A DNA stretch of 64,000 nucleotides, taken from NCBI GenBank assembly GCA_965224245.1, contig OZ245046.1, positions 1,920,001 to 1,984,000 on the forward strand, in the 5' to 3' direction. A program made the translations under genes and the position numbers. Shown piece by piece: positions 28,010-38,800 of the stretch. Under the pieces are notes generated by a model. It saw only the letters and a list, made by a program, of their open reading frames with translations. It was not told the DNA's origin and ran no database searches. The DNA comes from Candidatus Eiseniibacteriota bacterium. GTDB taxonomy: Bacteria; Eisenbacteria; RBG-16-71-46; CAZAMP01. Within the stretch, counting starts at the first letter, position 1, and each line of letters opens with the position of its first letter.

Positions 28010-29005
28010 ATGCGGATCCATCACCTTCGCCGAGCCGCGTCCCTCGCGGCCGGCATCGTGCTAGTCGGGGCCGGCGTCGCCCTGGCGGACGGCGGCTGGC
28101 TCGGCGTCCGACTCCAGACGATCGACGACGATCTTCGCGAGGCGCTGGATCTCGCCCGTAGCGACCACGTCCTGGTCAGCGACGTCGCCGAGGACAGCCC
28201 GGCCGAGGACGCCGGACTCGAGGAGGGCGACGTGATCGTCATGATCGACGGCGAGGACGTCGAGACCGCCAGCGACGTCGTCCACCTGATCCGGGATCTC
28301 GACCCCGGCGACGAGGTGCCCATCGTGGTGATCCGTGACGGGGAACGAGAGACCCTGGCCGTCGTGCTCGACGAGCGCCCAGCGGACGAGGGCTTCTCTC
28401 GCATGGGTCGCCGCCTTCATCGCGTGCGCCCGCACGTGTACCACTTCCGTGGCGACGATGACCTCTATCTCCGGAACGTTCCGGGCCTCGAGGGACTACG
28501 TGGCCTCCGCGGGCTTCACGGTCTTCACGACATCGAAGGGCTCGCAGACCTCGAGGCGCTGGAGGTGTTCTTCGGAAAGCCGCGCCTCGGCGTGGAGACG
28601 CGCGCCCTCGACGATGCGCTCGCCGGCTACTTCGAGGTGGACGAGGGCGAAGGCGTCCTCGTGCTGTCGGTCATGGAGGACAGCCCGGCCGAGGAGGTCG
28701 GGATCCAGGTCGGCGACGTCATCATGGAGGTCGACGACGCGGCGATCGACTCGCCGGGGGACCTGCGCGACGCCGTCCTCGATCACGAGGGCGAGACGGT
28801 CTCGATTCGCATTCGCCGCCACGGCGAGGACCTGACCCTCGACGTGGAGCTCGACGAGCCCGAGCGCTGGGAGGCACGGCACCCCCTCGGCCGGGCGCGC
28901 GAGCTCTCCATCGAGCGCGAGGGCCTGCAAAGTCAGCTCGAGGAGCTGCGCGAGCAGCTCCGCGATCTGCGCGAGCAGCTGCGAGAGCTCGAGCAGGACC
29001 GGTAG
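28010..29005 (+). CDS. Secreted tandem-PDZ protein with C-terminal coiled coil
   Basis: GGAGG SD, signal peptide; GWLGV...SPAE.AGL..GDVI and LGV...SPAE..GI..GDVI; heptad tail. Confidence 0.85.
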   Translation: MRIHHLRRAASLAAGIVLVGAGVALADGGWLGVRLQTIDDDLREALDLARSDHVLVSDVAEDSPAEDAGLEEGDVIVMIDGEDVETASDVVHLIRDLDPGDEVPIVVIRDGERETLAVVLDERPADEGFSRMGRRLHRVRPHVYHFRGDDDLYLRNVPGLEGLRGLRGLHGLHDIEGLADLEALEVFFGKPRLGVETRALDDALAGYFEVDEGEGVLVLSVMEDSPAEEVGIQVGDVIMEVDDAAIDSPGDLRDAVLDHEGETVSIRIRRHGEDLTLDVELDEPERWEARHPLGRARELSIEREGLQSQLEELREQLRDLREQLRELEQDR

Positions 29006-29063
29006 CGATCGGTCACGGGGCGACCGGCCGGCCGGGGCGGCGGATCGCCCCGGTCGGCTCTGC

Positions 29064-29699
29064 TTGCTCCCCGAGCGCTGGACGCCTACTGTTCGGATCC
29101 TCGGGACCGACCGGCCGGGACCGAGCGGTCCCGTCTCACGCAGTCACTGGCGGATGTGCCCGGCTGGGGCGCGTTCGTCCCCGCGCGCCGGCCTCGCGCA
29201 CGTCCGCGCGTCGCCCGCGCCCCGTCACGCTCGAGCAGAGGTTCCGTTGGGGTTCGTACGTGGGACACTCTGGGCGGGCGCCCTCGTCGACTGGGCGTTC
29301 GCGGTCGTGGCCCTCTGGCCCGTGCGGACGGTCACCGACGCGCTGGGCATTCCGATCGGCGAGCACGTGATGTACTTCCGCTTCGCCGGTCTGCTCCTTC
29401 TGGTGCTCCCGATCTTCTACGTGCTGGGCGCGCGACGGCCGACCCTCACCCCGCCGATCGCGGCCGGCGCATGCCTCGCGCGGGGCGCGGGCGCCGTGTT
29501 CCTGCTGGCGCACCTGACGCGCGGCGAGGCCGTGATCGCGTTCTGGTTCTTCGCCGTGATCGATGCGTCATTCGCGGCGCTCCACGCCGTGTCCCTGTCG
29601 CGCGCGAGGTACTCGCTCCTCGATGCCCTGTTCGGGGACGTTCCTGCCGCCGGCACTCCGCGTCCAGGGCCACCCGGGCACGAGTCCGAGCCCGAGTGA
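29064..29699 (+). CDS. Small integral membrane protein (true start probably near 29247)
   Basis: Four hydrophobic segments in the C-terminal ~150 aa. Confidence 0.6.
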   Translation: MLPERWTPTVRILGTDRPGPSGPVSRSHWRMCPAGARSSPRAGLAHVRASPAPRHARAEVPLGFVRGTLWAGALVDWAFAVVALWPVRTVTDALGIPIGEHVMYFRFAGLLLLVLPIFYVLGARRPTLTPPIAAGACLARGAGAVFLLAHLTRGEAVIAFWFFAVIDASFAALHAVSLSRARYSLLDALFGDVPAAGTPRPGPPGHESEPE

Positions 29700-29715
29700 C
29701 GCCGGCCGCGCGAGG

Positions 29716-31158
29716 TCAGTCGAGGTAGCCGAGCGAGCGAAGACGCTCGCGGACCTCGTCGGAGATCTCGACCTGAGCGCCGACCTGCGCGTCGACGATG
29801 GCATCCCACTCCTCCAGCATCGGCGTCAGCTGCGCCACCACGTCCCGCGCCTCGTCGATGAGGTCGTTCGTCTCGTCCGGATCGCGAACCACGTCGTACA
29901 GCGAGTACCGGTCTCCGTTCGGATCGGGGATGCGCACGAGCTTGAAGTCGCCCGCCACGACGGCGCGCCACTTGCCCCTGGGCCCCTCGTAGTGAAAGTC
30001 GGGATTCTCGGGGTGGATGAGCTGGTAGTCGCTCTCCAGGAACGTGACCTCGCGGGTGCCGCCGCGTTTCTTGCGGAGCGCATCGGAGAGATCCACGCCG
30101 TCGAAGTGCGCGTCGGTCTCGACGTCCATGAGCGACAGCAGCGTCGGGGTGAAGTCCACGAGCGAGGCCAGATCGTGGAGTCTGCCGGGCTCCAGGTGTC
30201 CCGGGTAGTTCACGATCGCGGGGACGCGAACGGTGCCCTCCACGAGCGTCTCGCCGTGCGCGTAGTAGTAGTCGTGCTCGCCCATCGACTCGCCGTGGTC
30301 GGCCACGACCACGAGGATCGTGTTCTCGAGATACCCGCGGTTCCGGAGCATCTCGATCAGACGGCGCACGTGGCCGTCCATGTAGCTGATCTCGGCCAGG
30401 TAGCGGCGCTGCACGCGCCGGCGAGTGTCGGCGTCCAGCTCGTTCTCGAAGATGATCTCGCCACGTGTCACCTTCGCCGAATCGATATCGGCGTACAGGG
30501 TGAACGGCTCGGCCCAGGACGTGTCGAACTGACGGAGCGCCTGCGGCGGCGGGTCGTAGGTCCAGTGTGGATCGAGGAAGTGGAACCACAGGAAGAACGG
30601 CCCGTCCGGGGGCTCCAGCGTCTGGAGATCGGCGCGGGACACGACGTCCTCGGCGTACTCCTGCCGGCTCTGGTAGGCGTAGTCGTCGTATACCTGGAAG
30701 CCCTGCTCGAACCCGCGGCCCGACTGGAGGAAGTGATTGGTGACCACGGCCTGCGTTCGATATCCTGCGGCGGCGAGGACCTCCGCCAGCGTCGTCGCGT
30801 CCGGCGACAGCGTGTGGAAGAGCCCGAACGCGCCGTGATTGGTCGGATACTCCCCCGTGAAGAGGCTCGCCATGGCCTGAGTCGTCCGGGGAGACGGCGT
30901 GTAGCAGCGGGTCAGCACGACGCTCTCGCTGGCCAGGTCGTCCAGGTTGGGCGCGACCGGAACCGGGATCCGGGCCATGCGCCCGTACTGATCCAGAACG
31001 TCGGCCCGAATCGTGTCGAGGCTGATGATCACCAGATTCGGCGGTTCGTCTCGCCCGCAGCCGAGTGCCATGGCCAGCGCGATCGCCCCGCCGAGGAGCG
31101 CGCGGCGCGTGGCGTGACGCCGAGACGGGAACCGGCACGTCGTGGAAGGACTGACCAC
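29716..31158 (-). CDS. Sulfatase-like hydrolase, probable lipoprotein
   Basis: ALGC lipobox, NLVIISLDTIRAD, ASLFTG.YP, DPH..Y, ADHGE, LRSLGYL; start uncertain. Confidence 0.85.
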   Translation of the reverse strand: MVSPSTTCRFPSRRHATRRALLGGAIALAMALGCGRDEPPNLVIISLDTIRADVLDQYGRMARIPVPVAPNLDDLASESVVLTRCYTPSPRTTQAMASLFTGEYPTNHGAFGLFHTLSPDATTLAEVLAAAGYRTQAVVTNHFLQSGRGFEQGFQVYDDYAYQSRQEYAEDVVSRADLQTLEPPDGPFFLWFHFLDPHWTYDPPPQALRQFDTSWAEPFTLYADIDSAKVTRGEIIFENELDADTRRRVQRRYLAEISYMDGHVRRLIEMLRNRGYLENTILVVVADHGESMGEHDYYYAHGETLVEGTVRVPAIVNYPGHLEPGRLHDLASLVDFTPTLLSLMDVETDAHFDGVDLSDALRKKRGGTREVTFLESDYQLIHPENPDFHYEGPRGKWRAVVAGDFKLVRIPDPNGDRYSLYDVVRDPDETNDLIDEARDVVAQLTPMLEEWDAIVDAQVGAQVEISDEVRERLRSLGYLD

Positions 31159-31690
31159 CGATCGCTTCACCGGTGCGGGCTCGCTCGCCGATCGACCGCG
31201 GGCACCGGTGCGGGTCGTGCTGGACAACTTGCGTAGTGCGTTCAACGTCGGCTCCATCTTTCGCACGTCCGACGCCGCGCGCGTCGAACACCTTCATCTC
31301 TGCGGGATCACGCCGACCCCACCCCATCGCCAGCTGGCGCGCACGTCGCTCGGCGCGACGCGACACGTGCCGTGGTCGTCACACCCGGACGCGGCGGCCG
31401 TCGTCCGGGCGCTCGCCGCGCGCGGCCATCAGATCGTCGCGCTCGAGATCACCCCCGAGGCCGAATCGTACCTGGACGCCCCACTCCAGAGCCCGCTCGC
31501 GCTCGTTCTCGGACACGAGGTCCTGGGGATCTCCGGGGCCACGCTGGCCGAGGCCGATCGGATCGTCCGCATCCCGATGTTCGGGGTGAAGAACTCGATC
31601 AACGTCGCCACGAGCTACGGCATCGTCATCTTCGAGATTCTCCGGCGTCTCGGGTATCCCAGCCCGACGGCGGCAGGAGATTGTACTTGA
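31142..31690 (+). CDS. TrmH/SpoU family RNA methyltransferase
   Basis: [33 protein letters not shown]. Confidence 0.9.
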   Translation: MEGLTTDRFTGAGSLADRPRAPVRVVLDNLRSAFNVGSIFRTSDAARVEHLHLCGITPTPPHRQLARTSLGATRHVPWSSHPDAAAVVRALAARGHQIVALEITPEAESYLDAPLQSPLALVLGHEVLGISGATLAEADRIVRIPMFGVKNSINVATSYGIVIFEILRRLGYPSPTAAGDCT

Positions 31691-32390
31691 TGATGCACAC
31701 CAGCGCGCGGACGCCGTCGCGCCATCCGATCTTCTTGCCATCCGAGTAGTCGCGCCCGCTGTAGGACACCGGCGTCTCGTACACGTGGTACCTGCGGCGC
31801 GCCACCAGCGCGGTGAACTCGACCTCGAAGCCGAACCGTGCCTCGCGGAACGACACGCTCTCGATCACCTCCCGGCGAAAGACCTTGTAGCAGGTCTCCA
31901 CGTCCGACAGGTTCAGGTTCGTGCACATGTTCGAGAGCGTGGTGATGAGGAGGTTGCCCACGAAGTGCCAGAAGTGCAGGACGCGATGCGGCCCTCCCAG
32001 AAAGCGGGACCCGTACACGACGTCGGCCCGACCATCCAGAATGGGCTCCAGGAGTCGCGTGTACTCGCTCGGGTCGTACTCCAGGTCGGCGTCCTGGATC
32101 AGGATGATGTCGCCCCGCGCCTCGGCGAAGCCGGTGCGAAGCGCCGCGCCCTTGCCCTGGTTGGTCTCGTGGCAAAGGAAGCGGAAGCGCCCCGATCCCG
32201 ACAGCTCCCGGAGCTTCTCGGCGGTTCCGTCGTGTGAGGCGTCGTCCACGATCACGATCTCGCGCTGGATCCCCTCGGGGAGAGACGCGCGTTCGATGCG
32301 TCCGAGGATGCGCTCGACGGTCGCGACCTCGTTGTAGACCGGTACGACGATCGTCACCAGACCGATCCGCAACTCCCGCTCCTCGGTCAT
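31626..32390 (-). CDS. Glycosyltransferase family 2 (DPM1-like)
   Basis: [40 protein letters not shown]. Confidence 0.92.
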   Translation of the reverse strand: MTEERELRIGLVTIVVPVYNEVATVERILGRIERASLPEGIQREIVIVDDASHDGTAEKLRELSGSGRFRFLCHETNQGKGAALRTGFAEARGDIILIQDADLEYDPSEYTRLLEPILDGRADVVYGSRFLGGPHRVLHFWHFVGNLLITTLSNMCTNLNLSDVETCYKVFRREVIESVSFREARFGFEVEFTALVARRRYHVYETPVSYSGRDYSDGKKIGWRDGVRALVCIIKYNLLPPSGWDTRDAGESRR

Positions 32391-32602
32391 CCCAGGCACC
32401 CTCCCTCGCCCGCGCGCACGCGCCTCTGCGCGCATCATCCCGACCCGCGGCCTCGCGGGAACCCGACACGGAGCCCCGGAGTATAGTCAGCCACCGGCGA
32501 TTGTGTCAACGCAACGCCTGGCAAGCACTTACGGGCATCGATATCCGGAGCGTGCTAGACTGGAGCTCGCTCACCGACCGTGAAGACCAGGAGCATGCAC
32601 GC

Positions 32603-33523
32603 ATGATGACGAACCGCACGGGACTGGCGATCCTGTTCGCGGCCGCCGCGGCCGCGGCTGCCGCGACCGTGGCCGCCGACGGCGCGACGCCGGGAAACGC
32701 CGGCGCCGACACCGGCGTGCGCCTCGTCGCACGCACCGACAGGGCGTCGTACCAGTTCGGCGAGCCGGTCTGGCTGTACGTGACGATCGCGAACGGCGGG
32801 TCCGCCGAGGTCACGGTCGAGAACCCCCATTGCTCGCGCACCCAGACCCGGATCGACATCACGAAACCGGGAGGGCCCACGCTGCCCATGACGGGGCCGG
32901 CCAGCTGCTCCACGACCATCCTCGAGCGCATCGCGCCCGGACACGACATGATCTACGCGTTCGAGCTGCTCGAGTTCTACGGGGTCGACGGCGACGGCAC
33001 GTATCCGTTCGGCATTCTCGCACCCGGGGAGTACGTCGTTCGCTACCGGACGCACGATCACGCGACCGAGGACGTGCGGTTCACGGTCTCCGACCTCGAT
33101 CCCGCGGACACGATCGCGTTTCACGCCTACCTGCGTCTGCTCTCGGACGTGGGCGCCTCGACCCTCCGCGACTCGACCGAGCGATTCCGTGAGTTCGTGG
33201 CCACCTATCCATCGAGCCCGTTCGCGGCGGCCCTCCTTTGTCGTGCCGGCGTCGTCTCCGATCTCTTCTTCGATTCCGCGCAGGCCCGCGAGGACTTCGA
33301 GCAGCTGCTCTACCTCTACCCCGAGTCCGGCTATGCGTCGGTCGCGGTGCGCCACCTGGCGTTCGGGATGGGACGGCGCGCGGCCGCCGGTCTGGAGCTG
33401 CTGCGACGTGTCTCCGAGGAGCTGCCGGGAACGTTCGCGGCGGACATGGCCGCGCGTGTCGTCACGCGGCTCGAGGACGAGGTCGTGCGCCCCGGCAAAT
33501 CACTCGATCGACGAGACGGCTGA
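32603..33523 (+). CDS. Secreted protein, Ig-like N-domain plus TPR-like C-domain
   Basis: Signal peptide; Y..GEPV.L.VTI.N; YP.S..A helical repeats. Confidence 0.65.
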   Translation: MMTNRTGLAILFAAAAAAAAATVAADGATPGNAGADTGVRLVARTDRASYQFGEPVWLYVTIANGGSAEVTVENPHCSRTQTRIDITKPGGPTLPMTGPASCSTTILERIAPGHDMIYAFELLEFYGVDGDGTYPFGILAPGEYVVRYRTHDHATEDVRFTVSDLDPADTIAFHAYLRLLSDVGASTLRDSTERFREFVATYPSSPFAAALLCRAGVVSDLFFDSAQAREDFEQLLYLYPESGYASVAVRHLAFGMGRRAAAGLELLRRVSEELPGTFAADMAARVVTRLEDEVVRPGKSLDRRDG

Positions 33524-33550
33524 CCGGCACCGCCATCGATCAGCCGGCGC

Positions 33551-34180
33551 TCACGGGCACCCGGTCAGGAAGAGCCGCTGGAACTCCACGAAGTCATCCA
33601 GCCCCACGCCCAGGTTGCACCCGACGAGATCCCCGCACGGCGCGAAGTCGAGCAGGAACAGCCCCTCGAACAGCACGAAGTCCCCGAGGGTCACGTGACC
33701 GTCCCCGTCCTGGTCGGGGGATCCAACGTAGTCGTAGCACGCGATCGGGTGTCCGCGAGCCTCGATGAGCACCGAACGCCCCTCGACGCAACAGCCGCCC
33801 AGCCGCGGCTCCAGCACGAGCCCGCCCTCGGCGTTCGTGATGCCCGTGATGACGATCCCACCGCCATCGTCGTCGCAGCTGGTGAGCCGCTCGCTGCACG
33901 TCGGCGAGAAGATCACCGATACCTCGACCCCCGCGAGCGGGGTGCCGTCCTCCGAGCGGATCACCATCTCCAGCGGCAGCTCACCGCCGGGGCTCACGCG
34001 CACGCACTCGGGCACGCGCGAAGCGGTCGGGCTGGGGCAGTCGGGGCAGGTGTCGCCTTCGATCGCACACTCCGGCTGGGCGGTGGAGGTCGACGGCGAC
34101 GACGTGAGGAGTCCGCCGAACGTCGTGGCGAACACGACGAGCGTGAGGCGGATCGATCGGGACACGGTCGAGCGACGCAT
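33551..34180 (-). CDS. Secreted Cys-rich protein with dockerin/EF-hand-like C-terminal motifs
   Basis: Signal peptide; PDQDGDGHVTLGDF and GDLVGCNLGVGLDDF. Confidence 0.6.
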   Translation of the reverse strand: MRRSTVSRSIRLTLVVFATTFGGLLTSSPSTSTAQPECAIEGDTCPDCPSPTASRVPECVRVSPGGELPLEMVIRSEDGTPLAGVEVSVIFSPTCSERLTSCDDDGGGIVITGITNAEGGLVLEPRLGGCCVEGRSVLIEARGHPIACYDYVGSPDQDGDGHVTLGDFVLFEGLFLLDFAPCGDLVGCNLGVGLDDFVEFQRLFLTGCP

Positions 34181-34392
34181 TGGATCAGTCCTTCTGCGGG
34201 CGAAGCTCTGGATTCCGTGACCCCGGAATCATCCCACACCTGGCCGGATCGCGCCAGCTCGACGCCCGGTGCATCGTCGCGGCGGGCGACCCGATCCCGG
34301 CGGGGCCGTCCGCCGGGACGCCGTGGCCCGACGCCCGGCCGGCTCACGAGAACGCCCCCCGCCGGCAGGAACGCCGTGGGGGGCGTGAAGAG

Positions 34393-34467
34393 TGGCAGCC
34401 CTACGGGGAATCGAACCCCGGCTTCATGGCTGAGAACCATGCGTCCTAACCACTAGACCATAGGGCC
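34393..34467 (-). tRNA. tRNA-Glu(CTC)
   Basis: GGCCCTATGGTCTAGTGG...CATGG-TTCTCAG-CCATG...GGTTCGATTCC...CCA. Confidence 0.95.
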
Positions 34468-34520
34468 ACACATCGGCGTCGCGAGCGTAATCGCAAGCCA
34501 GAAGATCGGTTGTCACGACA

Positions 34521-34594
34521 TGGCTGGGGAGCAGGGACTCGAACCCCGATCTTACGGTCCAGAGCCGCATGTCCTACCATTGGACGACTCCCCA
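34521..34594 (-). tRNA. tRNA-Gln(CTG)
   Basis: TGGGGAGTCGTCCAATGG...TGCGG-CTCTGGA-CCGTA...GGTTCGAGTCC...CCA. Confidence 0.95.
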
Positions 34595-34659
34595 CCCGAA
34601 CGCGGAAGACGCTATCACAGGTTTTTCGAGGGCCTCAAGCGCAACTTGAGCCGCGTGGT

Positions 34660-35859
34660 TCACGTGCGTGGCTCCCCGTCCCGATGCGCTCGTTCCAGAC
34701 GGGCGAGCGCTCTCGCGGGACCGAGCAGCTCCCAGACGCGAGCCAGCGACGGCGCCACCTCGCGGGCCGTGATCGCCCAGCGCAGGACCCGGCGGCAGTC
34801 GTGGAGCTCGCTCCGGCGCCCGGCCACGAGGCGGTTCAGGGCCTCCTGCAGCTCGGCGGCCGTTCCCGGCGCGGCCTCGAGGACCGCGGCGGCGACACGG
34901 GACAGCTGATCCCGATCGGCCGCGGGGATGGCCGGTACCCGCCACGGCTCGGCCAGGAAGCCGAGAAAGCGCGCGACGTCTCCGAACCGTCGGATCCGAG
35001 GCCGGATCGCCGCGAAGAGCGCCGGCCAGCGGTCGGGCGTCTCCCGTACCCCGGCGACCTCGAGTTCGTGCCCCAGACGTGCCATCACGCGCTCCTCGGG
35101 CATGTCGAGGATCGCGTCCCGGTTGGCGGCCCCCAGCGCCTCGAGATCGAAGGGGAGCACCGCCGCACCGACGCCGAGGAAGCCTCGGACCCCTTCCGGC
35201 TCGAGCCCTTCGTCTCGCAGGTCGGGCACCGCGTCCCTCCCGGATCCGCGCCAGAGCGGCGCGCCATCGGGGCCGACCACGATCGGCGCCTCCAGAGGAG
35301 AGGACACCGATCCGCCCAGCCGCTCGGCCAGTGCGTGGGCGAGGCGTACCGTCTCGCGCGAGCGGCGATCGGCGACCAGGCCGGCGCCCTCCCCGCGGAT
35401 CAGGAGCGTGAGGACGTCGAGCACGTCGGGACCGATCGGACGGTCCCGGTGGTCGGGCAGGCCGTCTCGCACGCGAAGCCCGCCGTCGCCGGCGGCGCCG
35501 AACGATCCGGACGCCGGGTCGCGATCGCGGCATCGACCGTCGTAGCGGGGCTCGCGGCCCTCCACCAGCGCGGAGGCGGCCAGCTCACGCAGGCGTTCGG
35601 GCGAGCAGGTACAGCGATAGGCGTGACCCCCGGCCAGGAGCGCCGCACCGCTCTCGGCGCGGCCGGTCTTCATCGCGGCCAGCGTGGACGCCGGCCGGGC
35701 CGCCTCGTAGAGCCACGAGAGGCCGTCCGGCGTGAGGACCGGGGCCTCGACACCGGGAGTCCACCAGAGGGGCGACTCCCGACCGCCCGCGGCCCGAACG
35801 AGCGCCGCCGCGCCGTCCAGCGAGAGCGACGGCGCGGCGGTCACCAGCGCGAGGGTCAT
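34660..35859 (-). CDS. Degenerate glutamyl-tRNA synthetase-like protein
   Basis: AYRCTCS.ERL...PRYDGRCRD Zn-region and C-terminal LR.AIT...ELLG...LARL; HIGH and KMSKS absent. Confidence 0.7.
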   Translation of the reverse strand: MTLALVTAAPSLSLDGAAALVRAAGGRESPLWWTPGVEAPVLTPDGLSWLYEAARPASTLAAMKTGRAESGAALLAGGHAYRCTCSPERLRELAASALVEGREPRYDGRCRDRDPASGSFGAAGDGGLRVRDGLPDHRDRPIGPDVLDVLTLLIRGEGAGLVADRRSRETVRLAHALAERLGGSVSSPLEAPIVVGPDGAPLWRGSGRDAVPDLRDEGLEPEGVRGFLGVGAAVLPFDLEALGAANRDAILDMPEERVMARLGHELEVAGVRETPDRWPALFAAIRPRIRRFGDVARFLGFLAEPWRVPAIPAADRDQLSRVAAAVLEAAPGTAAELQEALNRLVAGRRSELHDCRRVLRWAITAREVAPSLARVWELLGPARALARLERAHRDGEPRT

Positions 35860-35865
35860 CGGGCG

Positions 35866-38800
35866 CTAGCGCGAGAGGACGAGCTTCTTGGACCGGACGT
35901 CGTCCCCCACCGAGAGTCGATAGACGTAGATGCCCGGCGAGAGCCGCCGGCCGGCCGCGTCGCGACCGTCCCAGGAGACGCCGTACGTCCCCGGTACCTG
36001 CACCTCGTTCACGAGCGCCGCGACCCGTCGCCCGGCCACGTCGAAGATCTCGAGCGACACCGGACGCCCGCCCGCGTCGCTCCCGTCGCCGACCGTGTAC
36101 TGGATGGTCGTCAGCGGGCTGAACGGGTTCGGGGCGTTCTGCATCAGCGTGGTGACGAGCGGTACGGACTTGACCCGGACCACGTGCGGCCCGCTGACCT
36201 CCGGGGCCACCCCCGTCCGGTATCCGATGATCCAGTAGCTCGCGCTCAGCCCGGCGGGCGCTTGCGTGTCCGTGAACCGGTACGTCCCGTCGGGGCTCGA
36301 CCCGCCGATCTCACCGATCAGCGAGCGCGGCGACGTTGCCGAGGCCCGCTCGATGCCGAAGTGCGAGTAGCCACCCTCGGCGTTCCAGCGAATGGAGACC
36401 TGACCCGGTGTGGTCGACGCCAGCGTCACGCTGCCGAGATCGATCGGCACGACTCCGTGTCCGCTGCCGTACACGCCCGTGTTCCGCGGATTGTGCCGGA
36501 ACTGCGGCCATGGGTTCTCGTCGAACACGAACGGTCCGGAGTCGGTCTGGAGCGAGACCACCCGGTCGAACGTGCCGATCACCACGATGTCCATCTTGCC
36601 GTTCCGATCCATGTCCCAGATCGCCGGTGCCCCGTAGACGATGCCGCCCACGTTGTACGGGAATCCGCCCACCACCGAGCCGTCGGCGTTCAGCGCGTAG
36701 ATGTCGCCGCCGCCGGTTCCGATGACGAACTCGGGCTCGGGATCCATGTCGATGTTGGCCATCGATCCGTTGAACAGGATCTGCGAGACGTCGTCGCCCT
36801 CGATGCCGAGGCTGAGCGGGTTCCAGCCGGCCAGGGGCTCTCCGGTCGCGGCCGTGTACGCGTACAGGAGACCAGTGTGCCAGCCGTGCACGACGTCGAC
36901 CTCGCCGTCGCCGTCGAAGTCTCCCAGGACCGGTGACGGAAGGAAGTCCTTGAACGGCCCCGAGTCCAGGAAGCCGTACTGCTGCGGCGGATACCCGGGC
37001 AGCGCGTCCCCGTTCTCGTCGATGCCGTGAAGCGCGTTGCCGTTGACGATGAACGTCTCGTACTCGCCGTCGCCGTCCACGTCACCGACGGCCGGAGACG
37101 ACGTGAAGGCGAGGAAGCCCGAGAACGAGGGCGTGTACGGCCAGCCCGGCGCCTCGCTGACCACGCCGCCGTCCAGCGACAGCGCGCGGACGAAGCCGGC
37201 GTTGCCGGCGCGCTCGCCGGCGATGATCTCGTCGCGACCGTCGCCGTCGAAGTCGACCAGCGAGACCGTGCCGTAGTTGTACCGGGAGCCACCGGCCGGC
37301 GACTTCCAGAGCACACCGTTGGTGATGGGATCGGCGTCGCCGTCGATCACCTCGGTGCCGTCGTGATTGAACGCGATCATCGTGCCCCGATAGGCATCGC
37401 CCGGGCCGCCGGCCCAGAAGACCACCTCGAGCTCGGGATCCTCGTCGATGTTCCCGATGACGGGGCTCGACCACAGAAGCTGCGAACTGGATCCGATCTG
37501 CCAGTCGCCGCCGCCCCAGGCCAGCGTTCCGTCGGCATGCCAGCACCACACGGTGCCCTTGTCCGCGTGCAGCATGACGATCTCGAGCTGACCGGCCGGA
37601 TCCAGGTCCATGTTGGCCACCGCGGCCTTGGCCCACCACCACGGCGCCACCGCGCCCGGACCGTCGGCGCCGGTTTCCTCGGCGAAGATTCCCAGGGTGG
37701 CCGGCCGACCGTCCCCGTCGACGAAGTCGGTGCCGTTTCCGCGCAGCACGTACGGGTAGCGCGCGCCGAAGATCAGCTCCTTGGTGGCGTCGACGCCCTC
37801 GTCCAGGTTGGCGAAGGTGACCGAGCCGCGGTTGTCGCTCCCGGAGATGTCCACCGGGAATCCGACCGTCGACGGCGGCGAGGTCGACGCGACCACCGTG
37901 TCCGCGAAGGCGCTCTCGTTGCCCGAGCTGTCGACGGCGGTGACCGTGAAGCTGAACTCGGTCAACGGGGCCAGTCCGAGCGCGGCGTGAAACGCACCGA
38001 TCACGGGCGTCTCGTTCACGCGCGTCAGCGTTCCCGCGTCCTCCCGATAGACGTTGTAGCCGAGGAGATCCTCCGCCTCCGACGGCGTCCAGACCACGCG
38101 AATGAAGCTCGGCGCCGGCTGGGCCCACACCGAGTCGGGCGGCGCGGGCGGGACGAAGTCGATCCGCTGCGTGCGCAAGCTCCCGAGCGCGTCGCGGTAC
38201 GTCAGGTCGACGAGCGGCTCGCCGGGCCCGATGACCTGATACACGAGGGGCTCGGACGTGGCGACGGCGCCCGGCGACAGATCGATCGCGCCGATCCCGT
38301 CCACGATCGACACCACGCCCGGGTCGACGGCCACGATCTCGACCTCGCCGGTCAGCGGTGTGCCGTTGCCGCGGTTGTATGCGCTCACCGTGAACGCGAC
38401 GTCGCCGCCCGCGGGCACGGCGGGGTTCAGCGCGACGTGCTCGATGCGCGGGTTCCCCACGATCAGCGTGACCTCGCGCGTCACCGTCCCCGCCCCCGAC
38501 GTGATCGAGACCGACATCGGAACCGTCACGTACGACGACTCCGCCGGCAGATCCGACGTGACGTCCACCGAGACCGCCGTCGACACCACCTCGGCGCCGA
38601 CCCCGACCGCGCCCGCGGTCGCTGACGGCGAGGTGACGGTCGCGTAGGGAGACGACGTGCTCGCCGTGATCGTGAGGCTGGACGCCGCGACCGCTCCCTC
38701 GTTTCGGATCCGGAACGCGAGCCCGAAGGACTCCCCGCGATCGGCGGCCCCCGAACCGTTGCCGGCGGCGTCGTCGACCTCGAGCCCGGCCACCACGAGA

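Noticed and set aside
29027-29058. GC-rich hairpin after the PDZ gene
   Set aside because: It has no U-tract, so it cannot be supported as an intrinsic terminator.
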